Below, one piece after another: positions 8,661 through 18,014 of a stretch of DNA of 57,447 nt. The translations under genes were made by a program, and so were the position numbers. How positions within the stretch are numbered: the stretch's first letter is position 1; every line of letters begins with the position of its first letter. The notes under the pieces were generated by a model. It searched no databases and had not been told where the DNA came from. It saw only the letters and a list, made by a program, of their open reading frames with translations. The DNA comes from a virus (lineage: Duplodnaviria > Caudoviricetes), in IMG/VR virus record IMGVR_UViG_3300009702_000029, positions 1 to 57,447 of that record, one strand, 5' to 3'.

Positions 8661-9455
8661 ATGAGTGTAAAATTTCCATTTAATAGTGTAACAGAATCTT
8701 CATTTTCAACAAGTGAATCTCTTATTACACCCGAACAACTTAAAAGTAGATATTTATTTGGAATTGATCTTTCTGATCCAGTGTCTGGAGAAGAAATACC
8801 AAAAGATACAATCCAACATGCGATTAATACTTCAGTTAGTTTTTTAGAACATGAACTTGATATTCTTATTACACCAAGAGAAATTCAAGAGAATTTTGAC
8901 TATAGAGCAGTAGATTATATAGATTTTAATATATTAAAACTTAAGAAGAAGCCAGTAAGTGAAGTCACTGAACTTAAGGCACAATTTCCAAATAGTATTG
9001 ATTTAGTAGATTATCCTAAAGAGTGGTTTGTAGTTGAAAAAGAATCAGGACAACTTCAATTATCTCCTGTAGAGGGGAGCTTTTCTGGTTTAATCGTAAC
9101 TCAAGGTGGGTCATATCTTCCTCTTATTTATGGAACTAGAGATTATTGGCCACATCTATTTAAAGTTACGTATAGGGCGGGATTTGATAGTGATTGCATA
9201 CCTATTGTGATTAATGATATGATTGGAATGCAGGCTGCAATTCATTTATTTGAGATTCTTGGAGATATTGTTCTGGGGCCTGGAGTTGCATCAGAAAGTG
9301 TAAATTTGGATGGAGCAGGAGTAAGCAAAGGAACCACTGCATCTGCAATGTTTCATGCCTTTTCTGCTAGAGTTGAATCTTATAGAAAGAAACTAGAAAA
9401 ATATACGATGGCTGTAAAACAGCATTATCGTGGTATCCCATTTGTGGTGGCATAA
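8661..9455 (+). CDS. Head-tail connector/adaptor (neck) protein
   Basis: YLFGIDL...I..AI..SVS.LEHEL.I pattern and VTY.AGF; position and pattern as in SPO1/Twort-like neck genes. Confidence 0.65.
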   Translation: MSVKFPFNSVTESSFSTSESLITPEQLKSRYLFGIDLSDPVSGEEIPKDTIQHAINTSVSFLEHELDILITPREIQENFDYRAVDYIDFNILKLKKKPVSEVTELKAQFPNSIDLVDYPKEWFVVEKESGQLQLSPVEGSFSGLIVTQGGSYLPLIYGTRDYWPHLFKVTYRAGFDSDCIPIVINDMIGMQAAIHLFEILGDIVLGPGVASESVNLDGAGVSKGTTASAMFHAFSARVESYRKKLEKYTMAVKQHYRGIPFVVA

Positions 9456-9456
9456 T

Positions 9457-10299
9457 ATGAATGATCCTAAAAAGTTCGTAAAAACTTATAAATCAAAGAA
9501 AAAGAAGATCAAAAAGAAGGAAGCTAAAGAGCCTAAAGGTAATCGTTCAATTATTAATGCTCTTCCATCTTTAATTAAAACTCAGAAGTTTTTTGAAGAA
9601 TTCAAGAAATCAACTTATGATTTTCGTGATGCAAAAGTATCAATAGACGCCCAACAGCACGCAACTGCTGAACAGACAGCTCCTCCTGAACTTATTGAAT
9701 ACTTAAAACGATCAATTGATTCAGATTTAACTAAGATTCCTATGGATAAAGGTCTTCTCACAGTATTTACTAAAGATCGGGGGCTGTACAGCGGTTTCTT
9801 TCAAGATGGAGAAGGGCAAGTTATTGAAAAGTTTGACGATATGACTATCCCTATTCTTGCAAAGAATCTTGAAATTAAACAACTTTATACCGCACCTCGC
9901 CTAACTGCGGATCCTTCTACTAATGTAGAAACGGCAGCTGATATAGAAACGGCAGAGGATGTAATGGATGACATGTTATCTCAACATAGAGAACTTTACC
10001 ATCAAGGCCAAAACCCCGGAGAACCTATTAATAATGGTAAAGGTAGTTTAAGGATTAAAATGGGAGATATTGATATCGAGATCAAAAAATCAATTAACGG
10101 ATTCATTAAGAATTATAAAGCACATAGTAAAAATACTGAAGTAATTAAAGCACTTCAATCTTGGAGACGAAACTGTGTCGCAGGTAAGGTTTGTAGAAAT
10201 AATTTAGATGCAGCTCAAACACTTTTAGCAGAGTGGGATAGCCTTTCAGAAGAGTTTTATCAGATACTACACGCAATGAAACAAAAGAAAAATGAGTAA
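9457..10299 (+). CDS. Putative internal head protein
   Basis: Probable ATG 9457; repeated hydrophobic-x-K-(S/A/N) motifs (FKKS, LAKN, IKKS, VIKA). Confidence 0.5.
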   Translation: MNDPKKFVKTYKSKKKKIKKKEAKEPKGNRSIINALPSLIKTQKFFEEFKKSTYDFRDAKVSIDAQQHATAEQTAPPELIEYLKRSIDSDLTKIPMDKGLLTVFTKDRGLYSGFFQDGEGQVIEKFDDMTIPILAKNLEIKQLYTAPRLTADPSTNVETAADIETAEDVMDDMLSQHRELYHQGQNPGEPINNGKGSLRIKMGDIDIEIKKSINGFIKNYKAHSKNTEVIKALQSWRRNCVAGKVCRNNLDAAQTLLAEWDSLSEEFYQILHAMKQKKNE

Positions 10300-10996
10300 G
10301 TATAATACGTTTTTAAAAGCATTTAAAAGTTTGAATTTACGTTCTGGTGAAAAGATAGTTCTTTATAAGAATGAATATACAGTTATATCTTCTAATGATA
10401 AACTAACATTAATGAAAAACGCAGCAGGCCATCCTTGCGCATATCCCACTGAGAAACTTAAATCTATTATGCTTAATAAAGCTTTAATATCTAATAAAAA
10501 CTCAGGAATCATAGCTGGAAGTGAAAAGGGAACTTCTTCTAGAACACAAAGTGGGGCAGGAATGGGAGTAGATCCTAAAAAGATGCATTCAGGAAAGATT
10601 AGGGTAGATAAAGTTGATTCTAAAGGTCATAAATATCATTATTGGGTTGATGCACAGCATGGTACAAAATATGAATCTCACGATTCAACCAATCCGCATC
10701 CTAATCAAATTGATGAAGTATCTAAATTGCATTATTCAGAAATGAATAGTATAATTCATAAATATGCTGCAGATGAGGATGTACCTAAATTACAAGGTAA
10801 ATTAGATGAATACGTAAAAGCTAAATCAGCTTATATACATTTAGAGGAAGCACATAATCAATTGGCTAAAGAGCATGGAACAGGTTTTCCAAGTTCTACT
10901 TTAAATAACTTGGCAACTAAACAAGATGATTATGAACGTAAATTTAATATACTTAAAACAGCATTGAAACAATCTAAAGATAAAAAAGGAGAATAA
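10292..10996 (+). CDS. Putative internal head protein
   Basis: FLKA, AFKS, LMKN, LNKA motifs near the N-terminus; basic; between neck genes. Confidence 0.5.
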   Translation: MSKYNTFLKAFKSLNLRSGEKIVLYKNEYTVISSNDKLTLMKNAAGHPCAYPTEKLKSIMLNKALISNKNSGIIAGSEKGTSSRTQSGAGMGVDPKKMHSGKIRVDKVDSKGHKYHYWVDAQHGTKYESHDSTNPHPNQIDEVSKLHYSEMNSIIHKYAADEDVPKLQGKLDEYVKAKSAYIHLEEAHNQLAKEHGTGFPSSTLNNLATKQDDYERKFNILKTALKQSKDKKGE

Positions 10997-10997
10997 A

Positions 10998-11417
10998 ATG
11001 AGCAAAGAAATTAAAAAGGCAATTACATCAGAGGCAGCTCCTGCTGAGAATGGTCCAGAAAATGATACACAATTGAATGCAGAAAATGCTCCTTCAATTC
11101 AAGATGCCAAAGCACCAGGAGATTCAGCTGAACCTGCTAAAGTTGAACAACAAGAGCTTCCAGAAGGATTGGATATAGCAGCTCAAGGTGGAGAAGTAGA
11201 AGATTTGACCGAAGAGAAAAAAGAAGCTTCTAAGGAGGTATCATTTGGAAACTTCTTTGGAGATACTAAATATACATTAGGTGCAACTCTTGAACAAGGT
11301 CCTTCTGGGAATGTTATGGCCAACATGAAACCGTCTCAGAGTAACTATGTTGAGCAGGCCAAGAATAGTAAGAATATAATCCTCACTGAAGAGGACTTTG
11401 CAGATAAAAAAGAATAA
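10998..11417 (+). CDS. Acidic low-complexity protein, possibly head-associated
   Basis: AAGGAG RBS; N-terminal EIKKA then an E/A/P-rich disordered sequence. Confidence 0.55.
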   Translation: MSKEIKKAITSEAAPAENGPENDTQLNAENAPSIQDAKAPGDSAEPAKVEQQELPEGLDIAAQGGEVEDLTEEKKEASKEVSFGNFFGDTKYTLGATLEQGPSGNVMANMKPSQSNYVEQAKNSKNIILTEEDFADKKE

Positions 11418-11424
11418 GAAACTA

Positions 11425-11550
11425 ATGAGTATGATAGAACAATTTCTTGAAAAGTATAAGATTAAATTAGAGCTATCAGCTTTTGCTAAAGCTCATGCAG
11501 AATCTCAAAAACTCAAAGAGAAAGAGCGGACTATCACCGATAAGGATTAA
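11425..11550 (+). CDS. Small hypothetical protein (41 aa, not in track)
   Basis: MSMIEQFLEKYKIK...TDKD*; fills the gap; TAATG overlap with next gene; no clear RBS. Confidence 0.4.
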   Translation: MSMIEQFLEKYKIKLELSAFAKAHAESQKLKEKERTITDKD

Positions 11551-12299
11551 TGATGGGAAGAAAGATAACCCCCGGCATTGATGTTGATCGTTTAGATCAA
11601 GTCATCAAAGATTTAGGAGTACGCATTAGACTTTGGAAGTCCACTATCATGCCTAATATGAAAAGTTTGGAATCTATGGATCAAGATCTTAATGATCCTA
11701 TTTCTAAAAATAATATGTTGGATTTTGATTGTTTTGAAACAGTTGCATTATTTCAACAACAGCAACTTGCTGAAACTTTTCAAATTCAGGGTACATTCCA
11801 TATTGATGAGATTTTAATGACTTTTTTATCTGGACAGACCCTTGCTCCATTAACTAAAATTGAGTTACTTGATTTTGAAGAGGATTTTTATGAGTTAGTT
11901 ACAAGACAGGAAGGAGTAACTAAAGATAACTTAAAATATCCAGCTTGTACAGTTTTAGCCATATTTACATATGATAAGGTCAACAAGACTACATCAAGAT
12001 ATCATTTTGGAACAGATTTTGAAATCGATCTAAATGGTAATATTAGTTGGATTGGTACGCATAAACCTGCAGATCGCCAAATTTATTCAATTTATTATAA
12101 GTACCATCCCGTGTATCGGGCCACTAAGGCAGTTCATAGAGATCGATTTAGTCAGTTCAATCTTAGACCTGCACAAACACAAGCACCAAAGAAACAGATC
12201 GATGGCGCTACGTATGTGAAACTTCCCGAAACTTGGGTAGTCAAAAGAGACTTTTTACTTGAACGACCTAAGAATGCGGATTATGATCCAAATGAATAA
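11550..12299 (+). CDS. Head closure/neck protein
   Basis: Position between connector and tail completion genes; W.G..KP....YSIYY...P.Y pattern seen in SPO1-like neck proteins. Confidence 0.55.
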   Translation: MMGRKITPGIDVDRLDQVIKDLGVRIRLWKSTIMPNMKSLESMDQDLNDPISKNNMLDFDCFETVALFQQQQLAETFQIQGTFHIDEILMTFLSGQTLAPLTKIELLDFEEDFYELVTRQEGVTKDNLKYPACTVLAIFTYDKVNKTTSRYHFGTDFEIDLNGNISWIGTHKPADRQIYSIYYKYHPVYRATKAVHRDRFSQFNLRPAQTQAPKKQIDGATYVKLPETWVVKRDFLLERPKNADYDPNE

Positions 12300-12302
12300 A
12301 TC

Positions 12303-12995
12303 ATGATCAAAATAGATGTTGAATTAGAATTAGATGCTGACGAGATTCTTGATGGAATTGATAAGAATTTAAAAGCTGTAGCAGGTATGACGGCCAGTGA
12401 AGTTGGCCAAAAAGCTAAGGATCTAGCTGCCAATAGACTTAGAAGTGGATATTCTCATTGGGAACAGGGTTTTCGAATGGAGAAACTTGGAGATGGGGAA
12501 TGGCTTTTATATGTGACTGGAAAGCTGGGCAAGATGATGGAGGATGGCTTTGGAGTTGGTGAAATTAAAGCAATGGTTCTCGGCGGAAAGGCGTATGCTG
12601 CTAATAAAGCTGCTGGCAAGGATTATGTAGATATTCCTATCTTTGATGCAGATACGGCTGCTAAAGAGCTAGGAGAGGCCGGTGGAGGCCTCAGAATGAC
12701 TGATGTGACAAGTGCCGATGATATAACTAAGCATCTTGCTGGAACTATGGCTTCTGGCTCTTCTGAGGCAAAGAGGGGCTTAGATAATGATCGTAAGATC
12801 ACTAGAAAGGTCAAAGATATGATAAAAGCTGCTAAGCAGAATAGGAAATCTGGAGCTAGACTCTTAAATATTAGAAGAATGACTCCAGAAAGCAAAGGTT
12901 GGCCAAATAAGCCCTTTGGCGGAGCTAAGGTATTGGAAAATTTAGATAATATCATTGAAAGGGCTTTTGAGGAATCTTTAAATAGATTACTCTAA
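12303..12995 (+). CDS. Neck/tail-completion protein (HK97 gp10-like position)
   Basis: Basic protein with MMEDG and YVDIP motifs; synteny. Confidence 0.5.
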   Translation: MIKIDVELELDADEILDGIDKNLKAVAGMTASEVGQKAKDLAANRLRSGYSHWEQGFRMEKLGDGEWLLYVTGKLGKMMEDGFGVGEIKAMVLGGKAYAANKAAGKDYVDIPIFDADTAAKELGEAGGGLRMTDVTSADDITKHLAGTMASGSSEAKRGLDNDRKITRKVKDMIKAAKQNRKSGARLLNIRRMTPESKGWPNKPFGGAKVLENLDNIIERAFEESLNRLL

Positions 12996-13007
12996 TTGAG
13001 AGGTTAT

Positions 13008-13919
13008 ATGAGTGCGCCAATGACAGAATTTGTATTTGAAACTATCCTTAGAGATGGATTAAATGAACTGCGCCTTACACCCAGTAAACTTGATGATATT
13101 TTTAGTATATTTTTGAAGACATACTTTGATACCCAATATGGTCAAACTAAAATTGATGAATTAAAGACTTTTATTACAGATAATCCTGTTAGAATTGTTC
13201 ATGCAAAATCACAAATTCATACCCAGATTCCGTGTGTATCAATCCAGATGCTAAGAACAGATGAGGAAGAGGGACTACAGCAATTCTCAGATCAACTTGA
13301 AGAAGTAGATACGTCAAAGGCCCCAGCTCTCTTAGTTCCTGTAGTAACTCCGGGTACTTACGACATTATTACTGGAAAGCTCACAATTGTTAATGCTGCA
13401 GATTTAAGTATAATATGTCCTGGCCAGATCTTTAAAGATGCTTCAGGCGTGAAATTTACAATTCAATCAGGTAATAGTAATTTGGCTGGCAATAAATTTA
13501 TTAATATTGGAACAGGTAAGAGTCCTGATTTAGGTGGAAATGGCCTTATAGAGAGTTCAATAGATATTAAGCGTACAGAGCGTAGGCAAGTTAGACTTAG
13601 AGAGACAATAGCAATTGGGGTACACGGTAAGAACCAAGTTCATATGACCAAATTCTTATTTGCCCTAATTTTTTATGTATTAAAATCCAGAAGTGATGTT
13701 TTAGAACAGCGCGGAATTCAAGTTAGCAAAGGTGATACCACTATCTTTGATATGGAAGAGCAATTTGAAAAGGAGTTAGTATATAGTCGATATATTCAAG
13801 TGCGATGCATCACTTGTTTTGATTGGGACCAAGCTGAGGTAAATCTAATTGACTGCTTTGATGTAACTATCAAGGCTGAGGATATTACTACTTTTAATAC
13901 TAATACCTCAAATAGTTAG
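13008..13919 (+). CDS. Tail terminator/completion protein
   Basis: GAGG RBS before ATG 13008; IPCVSI motif; close upstream of the sheath. Confidence 0.55.
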   Translation: MSAPMTEFVFETILRDGLNELRLTPSKLDDIFSIFLKTYFDTQYGQTKIDELKTFITDNPVRIVHAKSQIHTQIPCVSIQMLRTDEEEGLQQFSDQLEEVDTSKAPALLVPVVTPGTYDIITGKLTIVNAADLSIICPGQIFKDASGVKFTIQSGNSNLAGNKFINIGTGKSPDLGGNGLIESSIDIKRTERRQVRLRETIAIGVHGKNQVHMTKFLFALIFYVLKSRSDVLEQRGIQVSKGDTTIFDMEEQFEKELVYSRYIQVRCITCFDWDQAEVNLIDCFDVTIKAEDITTFNTNTSNS

Positions 13920-13972
13920 CCTTGGATAATATAATAAAAAGTGACAAGTGTAGTGTAAAATATAAGGAATGG

Positions 13973-14221
13973 ATGCTTGAAATGAAAAAAGCAAAACTTA
14001 AGAAAGATGAGTTAAAATTAGAAGAAAATAAGAAGAAGCCTATAATCAAAAAGAAAAAGGTGCAGACAGTGATAAGTTTTGATGTTTATTTTCAAAGACT
14101 TATCCAAACAAGGGACGATATTATGTCCCACCATAAGGCACCTATGAGGCTTTTTGCTTCTAAGAACGGAAAAGAATCTGGGACTCTGGAAGATTTTGAA
14201 AAATTATTTAGTTTGTATTAA
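13973..14221 (+). CDS. Small basic hypothetical protein (start uncertain)
   Basis: AAGGA RBS; small gene directly before the sheath, as is common in SPO1-like phages. Confidence 0.55.
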   Translation: MLEMKKAKLKKDELKLEENKKKPIIKKKKVQTVISFDVYFQRLIQTRDDIMSHHKAPMRLFASKNGKESGTLEDFEKLFSLY

Positions 14222-14236
14222 TAGAGGAGCAAACAA

Positions 14237-16042
14237 ATGGCAATAACTAGAAACTTTAATGGTGCGAGTATTCGAAAACCCGGCGCTTATACAAAACGTG
14301 AAGTAAATTTAGCTGGGGGCTTTCCGCTTGCTCCAACCGGAATAGTTGCAATTGTTGGTGAAGCTGAGGGCGGAGCATCAGGAGCATCCGATGGAGTTCA
14401 GACTTTTACTTCTGAAGATATTGGAGCCTTAATTGCTAAATATAAGGAAGGCCCTATTGTAGATGCGGCTAGAGTTTTAGTAGCTCCAGCCAGAGATGGC
14501 CGAGTTGCCAATGGTGCCAGTCAAGTTCGAGTTTATAAAACTAATGCATCAGCAGCTGCATCACTTGCCCTAAGTAATGGAACTTCAACTTTGATGAATC
14601 TTACTTCTGCAAATTTTGGAGAAAGTGAAAATTTAATTAATGTCAAAATTGTAGACGGAACTATTGATGCTTTAGCAAAAATTCTAACTATTCAAAAAGG
14701 AACAGTCAAAGAAACTCTTTCAGAAAATGCTAGAACTATTTGGATGAATATTCATTATACTGGTGCATCCGCTGGGGCAGATCTAACCATTCAAGGTGGA
14801 AGCCTAGACGTTACTACCAATACCCCGAGTACTCCCGCAGATGATCTTAGTATCACTTTAGCAGGCAAGACAGTTCAGGATGTGGTAGATATCATTGATG
14901 CTCATGCGTCTTATACAGCCACGACGACACTTAAACTTGCAAATGCAAAATCATCTGCAGACTTAGATCCAATTAGTACTTCGGTTGATGTTATAACTGC
15001 CACGGACCTTCGAGCAGAGCAGAAAGAACTTTTGGATATTATTAATTCAGAGTCTTCTCTCGTAACTGCAACTAGAGTTACTGATGTAGAAGGAACACTT
15101 GCAACTTTATCAAAAACATTTATGGCTGGAGGAGCTAAAGGAGCTTCCACTAATTCTTCATTTCAATCAGGATTTGATGCCTTGCTATCTTCAAGATCTA
15201 ATACTATAGTTCCTCTTATTTCAAGAGATGCTACAGCCCTAATTACAGAGGGGGCAACTGACCCTGCTTCTACTTTTACTGTAGATGCTGTCAATCTTCA
15301 AGCACTTACCCATTGTATTACAGCCTCTAATACCAAGAACCGATCTGAACGAAATTGTTATGTTTCTAAGAAAGATACTTTTGCGAATTCTCAGGATGCT
15401 GCTCAAGATCTTAATTCTGAAAGAGCATCAATGCTTTTTCAAGATGTTGAAGTTCTTGGATCTGATGGAAATTTGAAATTTTTAGAACCTTGGGCTGCAG
15501 CATGTATAGTGGCGGGAATTCAAGCTGGAACTGATGTTGGTACCCCAGCAACATTCAAAGGTATTAATGCTAATGGAATTAAGCATTCTGATTATAATTC
15601 AAAAACTCAAGTTGATCTTGCCATTGATGCAGGACTTACTCCACTTGAAGAAAGAGATAGTGGAGGATTTCGAGTAGTCGTCCACAATACTACTTATAGT
15701 ACAGATGCTAATTTTGTATTTAATCGAGTTCATGTTCTTGAAGCTGCCGATAGTGTGGCTTTCAATTTACGACAGCAGTTAGAAGCAATCTTTGTTGGAA
15801 CTAAATCTAGAACTGGTACTGCGGAAGCTATCAAGAATACTACAATTTCAATTATGCAGAGTTTTTTGGATACTGACATTATTGTAGGAGATGATACTAA
15901 TGCTGGAAAAGGTTATAAAGATTTGCTTGTTACTATTACTGGAAATACCGCAAATATTGATGTAACCATCACTCCAGTTCAAGGTATTGACTTTATTCTT
16001 GCAACAATTACTTTGGACGATATCCGTTCAAGTGCAGCCTAA
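14237..16042 (+). CDS. Tail sheath protein
   Basis: FNG..I.KPGAY N-terminus, AIVGEAEGG, P.TFK, C-terminal V.ITPV.GIDFI; 601 aa; GAGGAG RBS. Confidence 0.92.
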   Translation: MAITRNFNGASIRKPGAYTKREVNLAGGFPLAPTGIVAIVGEAEGGASGASDGVQTFTSEDIGALIAKYKEGPIVDAARVLVAPARDGRVANGASQVRVYKTNASAAASLALSNGTSTLMNLTSANFGESENLINVKIVDGTIDALAKILTIQKGTVKETLSENARTIWMNIHYTGASAGADLTIQGGSLDVTTNTPSTPADDLSITLAGKTVQDVVDIIDAHASYTATTTLKLANAKSSADLDPISTSVDVITATDLRAEQKELLDIINSESSLVTATRVTDVEGTLATLSKTFMAGGAKGASTNSSFQSGFDALLSSRSNTIVPLISRDATALITEGATDPASTFTVDAVNLQALTHCITASNTKNRSERNCYVSKKDTFANSQDAAQDLNSERASMLFQDVEVLGSDGNLKFLEPWAAACIVAGIQAGTDVGTPATFKGINANGIKHSDYNSKTQVDLAIDAGLTPLEERDSGGFRVVVHNTTYSTDANFVFNRVHVLEAADSVAFNLRQQLEAIFVGTKSRTGTAEAIKNTTISIMQSFLDTDIIVGDDTNAGKGYKDLLVTITGNTANIDVTITPVQGIDFILATITLDDIRSSAA

Positions 16043-16054
16043 TAGGAGAATATA

Positions 16055-16567
16055 ATGGGATTATCAAGTAGAGCACAAAAAGCATTAGAAACGGGATTAG
16101 CAAGTACAGCTTTATCTGAAGAGCTGCAAAATATTGCTGCGGCAGATGTGGCTAGTTTTAGTGGACAAGTGGCTGGAATGACTACTAACGTAACTATTGA
16201 GGCAGATGTTGCAGGATCAGCTGGAAATATTACTCTAACTCAAAATGGATCAGATATTGATACGCTAATTAGTGCTCATAATGGAGCTAACCCCACTAAT
16301 ACGGTGACACTTGTTACTGGAGATGGTACGCAAGTTCCAACTGCTAATATCACTTTATAAGGAGGAGCCGGAGTAGCAACAGCAGCAAGTGATAAACTTA
16401 AGAAGGCTCTAGAGGTAGGACTCGCAAGTACAGCCATGCGGGATGAAGTTGTAGCAGCGGCAGAAGCAGGATCAACTATCTTGAGTGATAAAGCTAAGAG
16501 ACATATTAAAATTATGATGGCCAATAACAGTGATGGCCAAGAACTTATAGACGAAATTGAACAATAA
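16055..16567 (+). CDS. Virion protein interrupted by an in-frame TAA at 16358-16360 (or two tandem paralogous genes)
   Basis: Frame stays open 68 codons after the TAA (GGAGVATAASDKLKKALEVGLASTAMRDE...EIEQ*), repeating the N-terminal QKALETGLASTALSEE motif. Confidence 0.6.
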
Positions 16568-16626
16568 TATAGACAAAATGAACGTTAACCCCTTGTCTGA
16601 AAATAGGGTTGTAAAGGAGCAATAAA

Positions 16627-17040
16627 ATGAGTCAAACTTCATCAGGTGCAAGAGTGGTCTTCCGAGTCAATGGCGAGAAAGTAGCTTTTGCAAATGCAAT
16701 TAATTATACGGTCCAACATCAGCATCAACCAGTAGATGTGTTAGATCAATTGGAACCAGCTGAATATGCTGAAACAGGTTATGTAGTTAATTTTACAGCG
16801 ACTACTTTTCGTATTGGCGGACAATCAGCAATGGCCACAGGACTTCGACCAAGACTTGAAGATATTTTGACTCAACCTGAGCTTCAAGCAGAATTAATCG
16901 ACCGAATAAATGGAACAACTTTAATGTTGATTCAACGCGTAAAATGTACTCAAGAGGACTTTAACGTAGATGCCCGATCATTGGGTCAATCTACCTTGTC
17001 TTTTGTTGGAATTCGACAAGACGACGAAGGTTCTCTATAA
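16627..17040 (+). CDS. Tail tube protein
   Basis: 137 aa after the sheath; SGAR...NGEKV.FA...VDVLDQLEP.EY..TGY.V pattern; AAGGAG RBS; terminator follows. Confidence 0.85.
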   Translation: MSQTSSGARVVFRVNGEKVAFANAINYTVQHQHQPVDVLDQLEPAEYAETGYVVNFTATTFRIGGQSAMATGLRPRLEDILTQPELQAELIDRINGTTLMLIQRVKCTQEDFNVDARSLGQSTLSFVGIRQDDEGSL

Positions 17041-17077
17041 ATTTGAATTTTTAATTCATATCTCCTCTTTATTGAAG

Positions 17078-17104
17078 AACCCCGGCTTGTCCGGGGTTTT
17101 TTGT
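17078..17104 (+). terminator. Rho-independent terminator after tail tube
   Basis: AACCCCGG-cttgt-CCGGGGTT followed by a T-run. Confidence 0.9.
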
Positions 17105-17122
17105 TTATTTTTTACCGAATCA

Positions 17123-17131
17123 TGATATAAT
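17123..17131 (+). promoter_or_regulatory. Extended -10 promoter TGATATAAT
   Basis: Consensus TGnTATAAT just after the terminator and upstream of the tail chaperone. Confidence 0.65.
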
Positions 17132-17183
17132 AAACGTGCGATACCCAGTGGTTAAGGGAATTATATAATAAAGGAGAATTAGA

Positions 17184-17603
17184 ATGTCAATCAAAAGCTT
17201 ACCGTCTATGGAGCATTCCTTCAGAATAAATCTAAAGGGTGAAGAAACAGGAAAAATCTTTGAAGGAGATTTTGTTTATAAACGCCCATCAATTCGAACA
17301 GACTCAGAAATCTCAAAAACTAAAGCAATGTTAGATGGTGGAATGAATCTTGATGAAGATACTCAATTCATTCATAAAGTATTAGCTACCCTAAAACACA
17401 CAATTCAGAATTGTCCCAAATGGTGGGAAGATTCTGATTTTGGATTTGAATTATATGATTTGAATGTAGTATTTGATGTTTATAAAGAAACGCAGAAGTT
17501 TGAAAAAGAATGGAGAGATAAGGTTTGGGTAGAAGAGAGCCCTGAAGAAACCAAAAAACCTGGACAAGCTAAGGAAGTTTCCAAGGCAGCTAAGGAGGCT
17601 TAA
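17184..17603 (+). CDS. Tail assembly chaperone (G-like)
   Basis: Between tube and tape measure; G.F..KRP, P.WW motifs; AAGGAG RBS. Confidence 0.7.
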   Translation: MSIKSLPSMEHSFRINLKGEETGKIFEGDFVYKRPSIRTDSEISKTKAMLDGGMNLDEDTQFIHKVLATLKHTIQNCPKWWEDSDFGFELYDLNVVFDVYKETQKFEKEWRDKVWVEESPEETKKPGQAKEVSKAAKEA

Positions 17604-18014
17604 GTGGCCAAGCAGTATGGGATTAAAAATTTCGTTAGAATAGCAAATGCGCAACTTAATCCTGATTTAGATAGTTTTGAAGGCATGAAGCAATATTTAA
17701 TCAATTGGTTCTGTTTCAAGTATAGTACTACGGAGAATGATGATAAACTGTTGGATATGACTTTTGAGGAGCTTATGGTTTTATACCAAAAGCACTGTAT
17801 TCATGAGGACCCCAAATATTTTGATGAGATTATGAACCCACAAGTACGAAGTTATGAGGATTGGCTAAAAGAAGAAATGGGGGAAGATTACGCAACTGAA
17901 GAAGAAAATATTGAGATGATTCTTAAAGAACAAGAAGACTATACTGAGAAAGTGCATAAGAAATATCCAGATGAAATCACAACTGATTTTTCTAAATTTA
18001 AAGAGGATAATTAG
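17604..18014 (+). CDS. Tail assembly chaperone (T-like)
   Basis: W...KY...D..LL..T.EEL pattern; GTG start directly after the TAA of the upstream gene, same frame; own AAGGAGG RBS. Confidence 0.65.
   Translation: MAKQYGIKNFVRIANAQLNPDLDSFEGMKQYLINWFCFKYSTTENDDKLLDMTFEELMVLYQKHCIHEDPKYFDEIMNPQVRSYEDWLKEEMGEDYATEEENIEMILKEQEDYTEKVHKKYPDEITTDFSKFKEDN

Noticed and set aside
17545-17575. Canonical -1 frameshift between tail chaperones
   Set aside because: No in-frame X XXY YYZ heptamer; the -1 frame hits TAA within a few codons; the T-like ORF is in frame 0.
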